A stretch of DNA of 64,000 nucleotides from Octopus sinensis (taxonomy: Eukaryota), in contig NC_043009.1 in assembly GCF_006345805.1 (NCBI RefSeq), positions 57,598,001 through 57,662,000 on the forward strand. The letters run 5' to 3'. Each line of letters starts with the position of its first letter. The first letter of the stretch is position 1. The position numbers and the translations under genes were made by a program. The notes below the pieces were generated by a model that saw nothing but the letters and a program-made list of their open reading frames with translations, did no database searches and was not told where the DNA came from. Positions 27,641-39,904 of the stretch are shown here, piece after piece.

Positions 27641-27850
27641 TTCACTCATAACTATATAATAGCATACCTTTATGCAAGCCAGAAATGAATGGTACTCATT
27701 TGAGAAAAGATTTCATAAATATAATCACTGTTACTTTCTGATTGTTTCCTTATCAACAATAGCAAAACTTCCAGTTACGAAATAGGAACTTTCTGTCAAA
27801 GACGCCTATAAATTCTCCGCTTGTGGGTGTCTTTCATTTAGCAGTAATGA

Positions 27851-27895
<45 letters not shown>

Positions 27896-28514
27896 CTTTC
27901 AGATCTCCAGCAAATTTTTATTTCCTTCGTGTTTTAAGGCGCCATTTTTACATTCTAAGTTCTGTTCACAACTAGATATGAAAAGAACTTTATCACTCAC
28001 ATCAACAATGTCAAATCGCCCAGTCCAATAATCTAAACAATTTCCTCTTCGTTTGTTTTATTTTTGTGGTAATTTCATTTATTAATAACATATGATGTTA
28101 TTATAATTAGGTTCAGAGAATAAGAAAGTATTGATAAACAGCTAAAGTTGTACACTTGTCAGATCTTGTTTGCACGTGCGGCTATTGTTGAGTTATTAAT
28201 ACGTTAATTTGTGAGCAGATTTTTATTTCCTGTGTTCTAATGTAAAGTGCTGCCATTAGATATTACCGCAAATTATAATTTTTGAGATTAATATGTCAAA
28301 TTAAAAGAAAAAAGATTCGCCAAATTTATCGAAATTTTATAATATAATATTGGAGTGATTTTTCTTTTCAAGCCCATCACTTGCAGATATTATCAAGAAC
28401 AAAAAGTCTGAACATGCGCAATGCCTTTACTAAAATTCATGTGATAGTTCCACCATCTTTAATATGCATATTACAATACTGCACATATATTTGGGAGAGT
28501 CTTTACGACACATT

Positions 28515-29090
28515 CTTTTTAACTCTAGGCACAAGGCCAGAAATTTTGGGGGAGCCAGTCGAATAGATTGACTCCAGTACGTAACTGGTACTTAATTTAC
28601 CGACCCTCGAAAGGATGAAAGGTAAAGTCGACCTCGGCGGAATTTGAACTCAGAACGTAAAGACAGACGAAATACCCATTTCTTTACTACCCACAAGGGG
28701 CTACACATAGAGTGGACAAACAAGGACAGATAAAGAGATTAAGTCGATTTCATTAACCCCAGTGCGTAACTGGTACTTAATTTATCGACCTTGAAAGGAT
28801 GAAAGGCAAAGTCGATCTCGGCGGAATTTGAACTCAGAACGTAAAGACAGACGAAATACCTATTTCTTTACTACCCACAAGGGGCTAAACACAGAGAGGA
28901 CAAACAAGGACAGACAGACGGATAAAGTCGATTATATCGACCCCAGTGCGTAACTGGTACTTAATTTATCGACCCCGAAAAGATGAAAGGCAAAGTCAAC
29001 CTCGGCGGAATTTGAACTCAGAACGTAACGAAATGCCGCTAAGCATTTCGGCCGGCGTGCTAACGTTTCTGCCAGTTCACCGCCTTGCCC
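28515..29090 (-). mobile_element. Chained SINE-A trimer (one head, three cores)
   Basis: Two long tails, each joined directly to GTATTTCGTCTGTC of the next core. Confidence 0.9.
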
Positions 29091-29254
29091 TTGACATATA
29101 TTACAGGACTGCTCTCAGTGCTCTGTTGTTACATACTGTTACCCTTTCAAACACCCTACATATCATATTACTGCTTAAGGCTGATAGAATCGTAGCCACA
29201 ACGGAAAATATGTTTGGTGGTATTTCTCTCGATTTTATGTTCGATGTTCAAATT

Positions 29255-29390
29255 GTGGCCAAGGTCGACTTTGCCTTTCATCTTTTCTGGGTCGATAGAA
29301 TAAGTACGAGGGGAACACTGGAATCGATGTAAACGACTTATCCACGGCCCCCGAAAATGCTGACCCTGTGCCAAAATTTGAAACCAGCAT
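29255..29390 (+). mobile_element. SINE family A, 3' part
   Basis: Core and AAAATTTGAAACC end. Confidence 0.75.
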
Positions 29391-29525
29391 TGCAGTACCA
29401 CTCACATGCTTGGAACTATGCTACTAATATACTTTCAAACATTGTAAATCATATTAGAGAACACTGCTCACAAATCTAATACAGAGCTATTGCACCCCCC
29501 CCCACACACACACATGTATGTATGA

Positions 29526-29526
<1 letters not shown>

Positions 29527-29606
<80 letters not shown>
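29527..29606. repeat. (TAGA)n microsatellite
   Basis: Direct reading. Confidence 0.95.
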
Positions 29607-29608
<2 letters not shown>

Positions 29609-29633
29609 TGTATATGTATATATGTATATATAT

Positions 29634-29840
29634 ATGATGAATATTATACTTTTGTGGTGTAAAATATTTTAGAATATCTCCCAGCAGGCACTCAGAGTTG
29701 TATTATCAGGCAGAAGGAAAACTCCAGACACACAGACACACACACCCACACCCACACACATGTATGTATGTATAGATAGTCAGAGCGATAGATAAATATG
29801 TATATATATATGTATTATATACGTATGCATGTATGTATTT

Positions 29841-29875
<35 letters not shown>

Positions 29876-29891
29876 GTATATATATATATAT

Positions 29892-29954
<63 letters not shown>

Positions 29955-30036
29955 AATATTATACTTTTGGGTGGGGAGTTAGATATTTTAGAATATCTCC
30001 CAGCAGGCCCTCAGAGTTGTATTATCAAGCAAAAGT
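29634..30036 (+). repeat. Local duplication of ~85 bp (29634-29715 / 29949-30036), each copy preceded by TA-rich repeats
   Basis: ATGATGAATATTATACTTTTG...GAATATCTCCCAGCAGGC.CTCAGAGTTGTATTATCA occurs twice. Confidence 0.85.
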
Positions 30037-30122
30037 AAAACTCCTACCACGCTGCACAAGTCTCCGAGTTCTGATGTTACCAGTAACAGCAGGCATATTG
30101 AAATGGACTAATGATCCTTATT

Positions 30123-30162
<40 letters not shown>

Positions 30163-30245
30163 CGCCGTCGTCGTCGTCGTCGTTGTTTTTGCATGCATAA
30201 GCAGTTTCATTTCCTTGATGTGGTGAAAAAAATAGTTCTTGTAGA

Positions 30246-30710
30246 ATATATATTTTATTTTCTGAGTGTTTGGGGGCACATCAAGGCGGTGACATGGCAG
30301 AATCGAAAGCACGCCGGGCGAAATGCTTCGCGGTATGTCGCCCGTCTTTTTCGTTCTGAGTTCAAATTCCGCCGAGGTCGATTTTACCTTTCATCCTTTC
30401 GGGGTCGATAAATTAAGTACCAGTTACGCACTGGGATCGATGTAATCGACTTAATCCGTTTGTCTGTCCTTGTTTGTCCTCTCTGTGTTTAGCCCCTTGT
30501 GGGTAGTAAAGAAATATATATATTTTATTTTCTCAGCATTTTGGACACATCAAGTCGGTGACATGGCCGAATCGAAAGCACGCCGGGCGAAATGCTTCGT
30601 GGCATGCCGGCCGTCTTTACGTTCTGAGTTCAAATTCCGCCGAGGTCGATTTTACTTTTATCTATTCGGGGTCGATAATATAAGTACCAGAGCCAAAGTT
30701 TGAAACCAAT
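30246..30710 (+). mobile_element. SINE-A with duplicated flank and head around a long-tail insert
   Basis: 30246-30423 is repeated at ~30516-30690. Confidence 0.85.
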
Positions 30711-31104
30711 ATTTCGGTTTGTAGCAACATGACATTTTGCAGGGTAAAATGCATTTTGTTTTTAATCGAAGATTATTTCCGTTAAACTGAGAAGTGTTTT
30801 TACTAGTAAAGGAAAAGAATTATACAAATTTGAATAAAAATCATTCGAAGTCTGTATGAAGAGAGAATGTTGTGGAAAGATGGTAGTTTTTTTGGGTGCA
30901 GCCAGACATCTCTTCCCATTAGGCAATCACATCGGTAAACAGCGGATAACCTGACCCTTTAAATTGGTTCGTAACCTCTACCGAAATTCGTGCCTCGAAA
31001 TATACGAAACATTGATAATACATTCACTGGTTTTGCGGAAGCATTCCGGGCTGCAGAAAAACTTGGCGTATGCAATAGAAACACCTTGAAATTATATATA
31101 TAAT

Positions 31105-31245
31105 TTGGTACTTATTCTATCGACTCACGAAATGTTGAAAGCCAAATTCGAACCCGGTGGAATTTGAACTCGGAACGTAAAGACGGACGAAATGCCGAGA
31201 AGCATTTCGCCCGGTATGCTAACGATTCTACCATCTCGCTGTCTC
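31105..31245 (-). mobile_element. SINE family A
   Basis: Head and core. Confidence 0.75.
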
Positions 31246-31281
31246 GGTGATTCTATTGATATTCTTTTCTACTCTAGGCAC

Positions 31282-31348
<67 letters not shown>

Positions 31349-31361
31349 CATATATCTTTTA

Positions 31362-31557
31362 CTCTTTTACTTGTTTCAGTCATTTGACTGTGGCCATGCT
31401 GGAGCATCGCCTTTTAGTCGAGCAAATCACCCCCAGGATTTATTCTTTGTAAGCCTAGTACTTATTCTATGGGTCCCTTTTGCCGAACCGCTAGGTTACG
31501 GGGACGTAAACACACCAGCATCTGTTGTCAAACACAAACACACAAACATACACACAC

Positions 31558-31622
<65 letters not shown>

Positions 31623-31790
31623 ATATATACACATCTATACGACGGGCTTTCAGTTTCCATCTACCAAATCCACTCACAAGGCTTTGGTCGGCCCGAGGCA
31701 CTTGCCCAAGGTGCCACGCAGTGGGACTGAACCCGGAACTATGTGGTTGATAAGTAAGCTACTTACCACACAGCCTCTCCTGCGCCTATA
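31362..31790 (-). mobile_element. SINE family B
   Basis: Full structure on the minus strand. Confidence 0.9.
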
Positions 31791-31835
31791 TATTTAATAT
31801 GATACGCTGATTATGATACACAATAATAGCAATAC

Positions 31836-31877
<42 letters not shown>

Positions 31878-31878
<1 letters not shown>

Positions 31879-32095
31879 CTTTTCTACCATAGGTACAAGA
31901 CCTGAACCGAAATTTTGGGAAAGGGGTCAGTTGATGACATGGACCACAGTGAATGACTGGTACTTATTTCATTGACTCCGAAGTGATGAAAAGTAAAGTT
32001 TTACCTGCGCAGAATTTGAACTCAGAACGTAAAAACCGGCGGAATGCTAGTAAACATTTTGTCTGGTTTGCTAACGATTCTACTAGATCGATACC
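31878..32095 (-). mobile_element. SINE family A
   Basis: Head, core and 3' end. Confidence 0.75.
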
Positions 32096-32109
32096 TTAAC
32101 AACACCATC

Positions 32110-32141
<32 letters not shown>

Positions 32142-32392
32142 CAACAAAATAATGACATGAAGAATTTCATTCTTTATTTCTTTTCTGATATACTCTCTGG
32201 TTAATACACCGAAATTACGTACTAATTGGTGATAAACTTCGGATTTACGTTTTGCACCTGTCGCACGGAATTAGCAATCTATTGGGATTACTATAATCTT
32301 GATAGAACATTCTGTTAGCTGAGCTTTTTTTTTCACACGGAGTGCTTACTGAGATTTTCACATAGATTTATTCATTCCCTATTTTCTTTCAT

Positions 32393-32605
32393 TATGTATG
32401 TATGTATGTATGTATGTATGTATGTATGTATGTATGTATGTATGTATGTATGTATGTATGTATGTATGTATGATGTATGTATGTATGTATGTATGTATGT
32501 ATGTATGTATGTATGTATGTATGTATGTATGTATGTATGTATGTATGTATGTATGTATGTATGTATGCATGTATGTACGTATGTATGTGTGTGTGTATGT
32601 ATGTA
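32393..32605. repeat. (ATGT)n microsatellite
   Basis: Direct reading. Confidence 0.97.
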
Positions 32606-33116
32606 TAAGACTACGTTTGTATTGCTTAGGAAACCATAAAAACTTTTCTCAAATGATATAAGTAATTTTCTAAATGCAAACGAAATGGGGTGGAATTGGT
32701 GGGAGGTGAGATTCTTTCAGCTTCTTTTTTTTTTCATTTGTATTTTAGTATAGCGTAGCCTCCCCAGTCATTTAAAACTGACGCTTGACCTGGAATTAAT
32801 TCCGTTAATCCAAGAGAAACATCTTTGAAAGTATTTTGTTTATGAATAATATCATGAGAAGTGTTAAAAGTCTGATGAATAAAATTGAAAACGTAAAATA
32901 TTAAACCGCAAGCTTCAGTGATTTTTGAAAACCTAGTGAAATACACCACATGCTCTACAACAGAGGACCGTGCACTTCCATGTCAAAACCAAACAAAGAA
33001 GGGGAACGATGTTAAGGATTTCCATGACATTTCTGATCAAACTGCCAGTCTAGCCTTAAAGATATCAAAGAAGTACATCCTTAAAATGTTCCAATTATAA
33101 GTAGCCGAAACTAATT

Positions 33117-33224
33117 GGAATTGTCCAAATAAGACATTGACGAAACAATCAATTGACCTAAAATCTTATTGGAATTGTCCAAATAAAAAATTGACGAAAC
33201 AATCAACCGACCCAAAATCTTATT
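33117..33224. repeat. 54-bp tandem duplication
   Basis: GGAATTGTCCAAATAA...TTGACGAAACAATCAA..GACC.AAAATCTTATT occurs twice. Confidence 0.9.
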
Positions 33225-34104
33225 ACTCTATCATAAGAGGGAACTAATATACCAAAACCAGCGCTATCAACAGAATTCTCAGGAAGTAAAAGGAGTAATA
33301 GAAGAGGACCTAATAGATTTCTGCCTACCGAAAGAACTAAATATATTCAATTCTGCTTTGGTTAGCTATGACTATAAAGAAACAAAAATGGACCCAGTTC
33401 AAACTACAAAACGTTCATTGCAGTACCTTACATTATTATCAACAAAAAGCACTTAGAAAATTACTATTTTTAAATCTCACAACGTGAGATATTCAGCGAT
33501 AGTACTTTGTAGTAAAGATTGTCCTAAACCAGGACTGCCATGTTATCTTTACTTGGTTTACAAATAAATATTCATTATCCTTCAACAGTAATTCATCCAT
33601 ATTGTCTTTGGATTCAGTTAAATTTTGATCCCCAAATGATAGTACAACCTTCTTCAAAAACTTTGTAGATACACTTTTTGCAAAAACTAAGTCTAGATGA
33701 ACATTTGATGAGTAAATTGACAGTTCATCAGCTGTATCACTGCAACTGCCATTATATGTCGCATTTGAAAAGATATCCCCTGCTTCAGAAATATTCTTAT
33801 AAGAATATTGATAAGGTATTTCAGTAGTTATAAAATACAATGTTGTCCATTAGCTCCAGTTACAACACACTGACGCGATTTTTTTTGGAATTGGTATGTG
33901 TGATGTACTTGGAATGTGAGTGTTTGGCTTCTCAGTTGGAACAACAGGGGTGCTCGACTTGTCAGTTGTAACAACAGGGGTGCTTGGCTTCTCAGTTGCA
34001 ACAGGGGTGCTTGGCTTCTCAGTTGTAAAATCTAGGGTGTGTATATCGCCGGCAGTAATATTTGATGAAATCAAAACAGCAACACATATTAGGATAGACT
34101 TCAT
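33224..34104 (-). pseudogene. Intronless, frameshifted LAMP-family-like (lysosome-associated membrane glycoprotein) sequence
   Basis: Signal-like MKSILICVAVLISS, (T)TEKPSTPV repeats, then in shifting frames VTGANGQHCIL, NATYNGSC, LDLVF, ICKPS and VVRFKNSNFLSAFC (four-Cys LAMP-domain pattern), a hydrophobic stretch and a candidate YDRV at 33235-33224. At least 4 frameshifts. Confidence 0.6.
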
Positions 34105-34785
34105 TTTGGAGTGCAATTAATTATCAAATCAGTGGTGACAGGCTATCCGTGTCGTAGCAAGCTAACGCCTTCGATTGGTCTACGAGGAAACTTTTCCTGA
34201 TTTAACTACAAGTCCAGTAGTGGTTCGCAAACAATCTTTACTAAACAGTACTTAATTTGAAACATTGAAATAATTAAGATTTTCAAACATAATCGTCACA
34301 GAATTGTGAGAAACAAGCTCCTAACTGACTTGCAATCGGGAAGAAAGATGCTATTTCACTTCATGAACAAATCAGTCCGGTTCTCCAACGGTATAACCGA
34401 TCCCTTCCACATTGATCTTCACACCACTCTAACTGAAAAATAAACATATTAAAATTTTAAAGAACAACCAAGTTAAATCTCTCACTGAAACGGCCGAAAA
34501 CAACAGGGAAGCGTGAGACGAAAACAACAGATTATCGTCGTAAAACCCTTGTTATGATAAACAAATGAAAAATATCAAAGTCACCTCAGTTATAAATAAG
34601 ACAAGCAGCAGAACTGAATAAACAAATGTCGACAGAGAATTTGAGAAAATAGAAGAAAAGACACCAGAAAAACAAACAAAGGAAAGGATTTAAATCTGGG
34701 AAAAAATAAAGAAACAATGGGAGTGTTCAAATGACAGCATTAAAAGAAGTTTGGCCAATACGGGATTCAGAATAGTAGAAGGATT

Positions 34786-34970
34786 CAGTTCTATATTTAA
34801 GAGATGAGGAATTATGTACATTATTCACATTATTTACATTCCACGGATATTTGTTCTCGTTTGTTGTTAACACAACTTTTCGGCTGATATACCCTCCAGC
34901 CTTCTTCAGGTTTCTTGAGGGAAATTTCGAACCTGGGTTCTCATTCCTAAGGTATTTTTCGATGTTGTTA
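34786..34970 (-). mobile_element. 5'-truncated copy of the tRNA-headed hammerhead element
   Basis: Reverse complement matches 35999-36151; hammerhead-like motif at 34869-34914 with GAAAC changed to GAAAA. Confidence 0.8.
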
Positions 34971-34977
34971 TAATATT

Positions 34978-35148
34978 TATTTCTTTATTGCCCAGAGGGG
35001 GCTAAACATAGAGGGGACAAAAAAAGGACAAAGGGATTTAATCCTTTCGGAGTCGATAAAATAAGTACCAGTTGAGCACAGGAGGCGATGTAATCGATTT
35101 AGCCTTCACCCTTGAGATTGCCGACAATAGGCTAAAATTTGAAACCAA
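34978..35148. mobile_element. Composite of SINE-A pieces (long tail on minus, core/3' end on plus)
   Basis: TTATTTCTTTATTGCCC...AGGACAAA abuts ATCCTTTCGGAGTCGATAAAATAAGTACC. Confidence 0.7.
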
Positions 35149-35620
35149 TATCAGAACCGAGAAAAGAAATTGAATCAACATAAGGAACTCCTATACATTA
35201 GTGAATCTTCAGGATGAAAATTTTTTATCTTATGGTGATGTGCCCTTCCAACTTTCGAACAGGGGCTTACAAACACTCCGTCATCCTGACACTTTCCTAT
35301 GGTACCGAAACTTAGACACAGGCAACAGAAATTTCGGAAGAATCTACGAAATATTCAAAATACTTAGAAAGACATTAAGCTTGGAATAACGAAGAAAGAT
35401 AGTAAAACGAAGAATCGGATTCGGAAGCATACAACGCATGCGTTAGAACAATGTTGCGCTGAGCATGTGTGGGAAACGAGGGACAAGACATGAAAGAGAC
35501 AGATAGTAGGCAACATTCAGAGAGACGACAAAGGAAATGAAGAACAATAAGGGACAAGTCAGAAGGGTGAGCTGGACAGACTCTACAAACAATAGACTAT
35601 ATATATATATATATATATAT

Positions 35621-35890
35621 ACATTATTTACATTATTTACAATCGACGGATATTTGTCCTCGTCTTCGTTGTTGTTAACACAACGTTTCAGCTGATATAG
35701 CCTCCAGCCTTCATCGGGCATATGGCGGAGTGGTTAAGAGCGCGGACTACTAACCCCAAGATTCCGAGTTAGATTCCAGGCAGAGACCTGAATAATAATA
35801 ATAATCATAATAATAATAATGATAATAATAATAATAATAAATAATGATAATAATAGTAGTAGTAGTAATAACAACAACAACAACAACAAC

Positions 35891-35959
<69 letters not shown>

Positions 35960-36151
35960 GATGATGATGATAATGATAATGATAACAACAACAACACCAT
36001 CGAAAATACCTTAGGAATGAGAACCCAGGTTCGAAATTTCCCCCAAGATACCTGATGAAGGCTGGAGGGTGTATCAGCCAAAAAGATGAGGACAAATATC
36101 CGTCAATTGTAAATGATGTACATAATTTCTCATCTCTTAATTATACAACTG
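35621..36151 (+). mobile_element. tRNA-headed element with (AAT)n spacer and a hammerhead-like 3' module, plus an inverted copy of that module at its 5' end
   Basis: Head 35717-35790 (A-box TGGCGGAGTGG, B-box-like GAGTTAGATTCC); (AAT)n 35791-35998; module 35999-36151 with CTGATGAAGGCTG..CAGCC; inverted module 35621-35717. Confidence 0.8.
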
Positions 36152-36156
36152 TATTA

Positions 36157-36190
<34 letters not shown>

Positions 36191-36340
36191 CTATATATAT
36201 ATATATTACTATATATATATATATAGATATATATATATATATTGATAAAACGGTAAGATAACAAAAGAAAGAAACAGACCTCAATATTATATAAATAGAG
36301 GAAATTTATCTATACAATATGTTACATTACTCGGTAGTCA

Positions 36341-36403
36341 AGATAAAACTCTGAGTTTCAGATGCCGAAGTGGAAATCCACAACACCATCTCTTCGGTTA
36401 TCT
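36341..36403 (-). ncRNA. Degenerate hammerhead-like motif (distinct family)
   Basis: AGAUAA CCGAAGA GAUG...CAUCU GAAA CUCAGAG UU UUAUCU; 6-bp helix I, near-palindromic helix III, U4 changed to C. Confidence 0.55.
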
Positions 36404-36618
36404 GGCTATTTGAAAACGTTATGAAAAAATCCCGTTAAAATGAAGGGAAATTACTCTGTTATAACTCTGCTTGCCTGCGTACTTATACATCGCTCGCATT
36501 TTTCATCATAAAAATTATATAAAAATATATAAAAATACATAAAAAATATATAAAAATATATAAATATATATAAATTCTTCTTGACTAAATTTATCTTGAC
36601 TACCGAGTAATGTAACAT

Positions 36619-36662
<44 letters not shown>

Positions 36663-37110
36663 ATATTACTATGTAATATATTATATTGTACGATATTATT
36701 GCTTGTTCTAATGTAAGGATAAAAATAATTTTGCATTAAATCGAATAATTACTCAATACAAATTTCTTATTCTTTAGCAAGAAAATTATTATTGATAGTA
36801 ACTTAGAAGTTTCGACCAACAAAATCATCACACACACACACACATATAACTTTTAATACATACAAGACTATAATTCAATGCTAAATTTAGGTGCGGTTGC
36901 TATTCGGAGTTTTTTGACCCCGCCGCATCTCCTCGTAGGGGTTTACACAGATTCTGCTTTGAATAATAATATTATGCTATTCTAACAGTATTGAATCATT
37001 TTTCTCCTTAATTGCAATTCATATAACCGTGAATCCAAAATCTCATATACATACATATATATATATATACATACCATACATACCATAATACCATACATAC
37101 AGGCATATAT

Positions 37111-37159
<49 letters not shown>

Positions 37160-37559
37160 GTATGTATATTTGTATGTATATATATATATTATATATGCGC
37201 GCCTGCGTATATTGTCTGTGTGTACACGTGCATAAGGGAGAACAAAAATGGCGGCTTTTTTTATAGGAGAGGCTTGAAATGTTGTGACCGATATTATCAT
37301 CGATTGTTCGTTTTTCCAAACAAGTTAATAGGATTATTGTATTAATGACGGTATTATGATTTCTTCCTCTGAATAATTCCTATAACAGTTTTGGATTAGG
37401 GGACAATGAAAGAACCGTATGAAGAAAAACAAACACATATACACGAGTAGACACAAGCATAGAAACGCATAGAAATACATATACACTGGTAAATACACAG
37501 ATGTAGTGGAACACATATACACACACACAAACAAATATAAAAATACATTTATACTTATA

Positions 37560-37587
37560 TATAAATATGTGTGTATGTGTGTATATG

Positions 37588-37624
<37 letters not shown>

Positions 37625-37680
37625 GTGTCTGCGTGTGTGTGTGTGTCTGTGTCTGTGTCTGTGTGTGTGTGTCTGTGTGT

Positions 37681-37722
<42 letters not shown>

Positions 37723-37745
37723 GTGAGTATGTGTGTGAGTGTGTA
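37560..37745. repeat. (GT)n compound microsatellite
   Basis: Direct reading. Confidence 0.95.
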
Positions 37746-39182
37746 CGTAAAATATATAGATACTTACATAAACATATGTGCTGTGATGTGTTAAGACGTT
37801 TTGGCAGAATCGCTATAGCGTCATATAGAATTTCCCTGAAGATTTCGCTTCTGTTTTGGTACGCTGAGTTCAAAGCCCTCCGAAATTAACTTCCATCCAT
37901 TCGAGTTTGATTAACTGGACACCAGTCCTCTACTGAGGTCAATTTTCCTCTGTCTTTCACTAATTCCCTCTGTCATTCTCCCCCTCTCTCAATATATCTA
38001 TCTATCTATTTAGCTCAATGTAATTTATCTGAATCTGAAATTTCACGAATCTTTGGTCTGAGTTTCTCGTTGTTTATCTTCGGACGATTATGAAAAATAT
38101 GCAACGATGCTCAATAAATAATGAGTATACTGTAATATTGTTTTAATTTCGAGATTTGATTTGTTTTGATTTAACACTCGACCTATTAAATCGCAAAAGC
38201 TATGTTGGCGGAAATAGCAGCAATGTTTGGAAAACAGATTCAACAATCCATTTGGATTATTTGCGCATCTGGAATCCCCCCCCCCCCCAAAAAAAAAAAC
38301 ACATAAATCCTCTGGTAATTCATAATGTTCAGAATCATCACTCTGAAGCTTAACCAGATTAGTTTCTTTCATATCTGTTTCAAATTCCAGCGTAGCAATT
38401 GCAGTGAAACGATTCCGATATCACACTAAATTTCTCGTCACCAATATTTGGGAAATATTCATTAATATCCATTAACTTATTCTTCCAACGTTATGAAATT
38501 CTTTGTGGTTCATTCTCTGGTTATGCCATTCTTACATTGCGAATTCTGATCGAGAAATTCTATCACGTTATTAAAAATAACCGAAGTATCACAATTTCAT
38601 CTCTGCATGAAAAGCTTTGCAATATAAAAAAAAATCTCAGACGCAAATTCACAAACAGTTGCGTCGGCATCTTAAAGGTTCTCGTTTCGCATATTTAGTT
38701 CTTCAAAGAAAGAAGCAAGATTCGGATAAGAAAGAAAAAAGGTATTTCTATGAAATGACCAAAATGTTCACGTTTGTTCGAATGTCAAAAAGATTCCAGC
38801 TATTCTTTTTGAAGTGTAAGGACAAGTCTTAAGGCTTTTCTACGGCAACCCCTCAATATATTAGAAAATAAAATGGTACAACCTGTGAAAAGTACCAAAA
38901 TCTCTATCCATCAGTTAAAATAACCAGGTTTTAGGAGCATTCCCGTTTACATGATTAACCATCATTAACAATTGTAACGATAAACTGGATTGTTGATAGA
39001 ACCCTACAAATTACAGCACAGTGATCGATCATCCAATGCATAAATGTCACATGCGCAGCTATTTCAATGAAATGAGTTCTAAAGACCCTTCTAATATTAT
39101 CGGTGTCCCATCATTTGTACAGCCTTTCAGATTTTCTCATTATAAACTGCATTGTCTAAAAAAGGAATTTATTACTTCAAAG

Positions 39183-39742
39183 CTATCATATGTCTCCATT
39201 CATCTTCCCACACGACCTCAGACTCAACACGAAGGCCTACATCAAGTGCCTGGAGGAGGTAGTGCTACCCTGGGTCAAGAGGGTGGCAGCTGGAAGACAC
39301 TATGTCTGGCAACAGGACTCTATACCATACCACACAAGCAGGAAAAACCAGTCATGGCTGTCAGACAGTTTCTGCGATCACATCACCCCTAAGATCTGGC
39401 CACCTAACTCCCCACATAGGAAACCCCTTAATTATTATGTGTGTGACGCAGTTGAGCGAGAGACCAACAAAACTCCTTGTAACACCAAAGATGAACTGAA
39501 GGCAAGGATTATGGCAGCATTCACCAACTTAAACGAAGAGACCGCCCAGAAGAGTTGCAGGAGATTCCGAAGTCGACTGGAGTCCATGGTTGAAGCCAAT
39601 GGCGATTTAATTGAATAAATTTATTCTTTAGTATTTCAAGACATTTGTGTGTAATTTTGGTAAATATATCTGTTAAAATGAAATGTCAGTGTTATTTTCA
39701 TTTTTGCGTAATTTGGGGACGCTATATTTACCGCACTTTGTA
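39183..39742 (+). mobile_element. Tc1/mariner-superfamily transposon 3' fragment with terminal repeat
   Basis: ORF 39190-39618 has YVWQQDS..YH and WPPNSP..PLNYYV, catalytic-domain motifs with decay; ends ATATTTACCGCACTTTGTA. Confidence 0.9.
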
Positions 39743-39749
39743 TATATAT

Positions 39750-39782
<33 letters not shown>

Positions 39783-39845
39783 GCATGTATATATATATAT
39801 ATATATGCATGTATGTATATATATATATATGCATGTATGTATATA

Positions 39846-39881
<36 letters not shown>

Positions 39882-39904
39882 TGTATGTATGTATGTATGT
39901 ATGT

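Noticed and set aside
32734-33100. Short ORFs downstream of the LAMP-like sequence
   Set aside because: No recognisable motifs; more likely 3' UTR-derived or intergenic.
35717-35790. Functional tRNA gene
   Set aside because: A- and B-box-like motifs are present, but the acceptor stem and B-box are imperfect and it runs into an (AAT)n repeat element; treated as a SINE-type head.
39190-39618. Active transposase gene
   Set aside because: Only the C-terminal part is present and the catalytic motifs are decayed.
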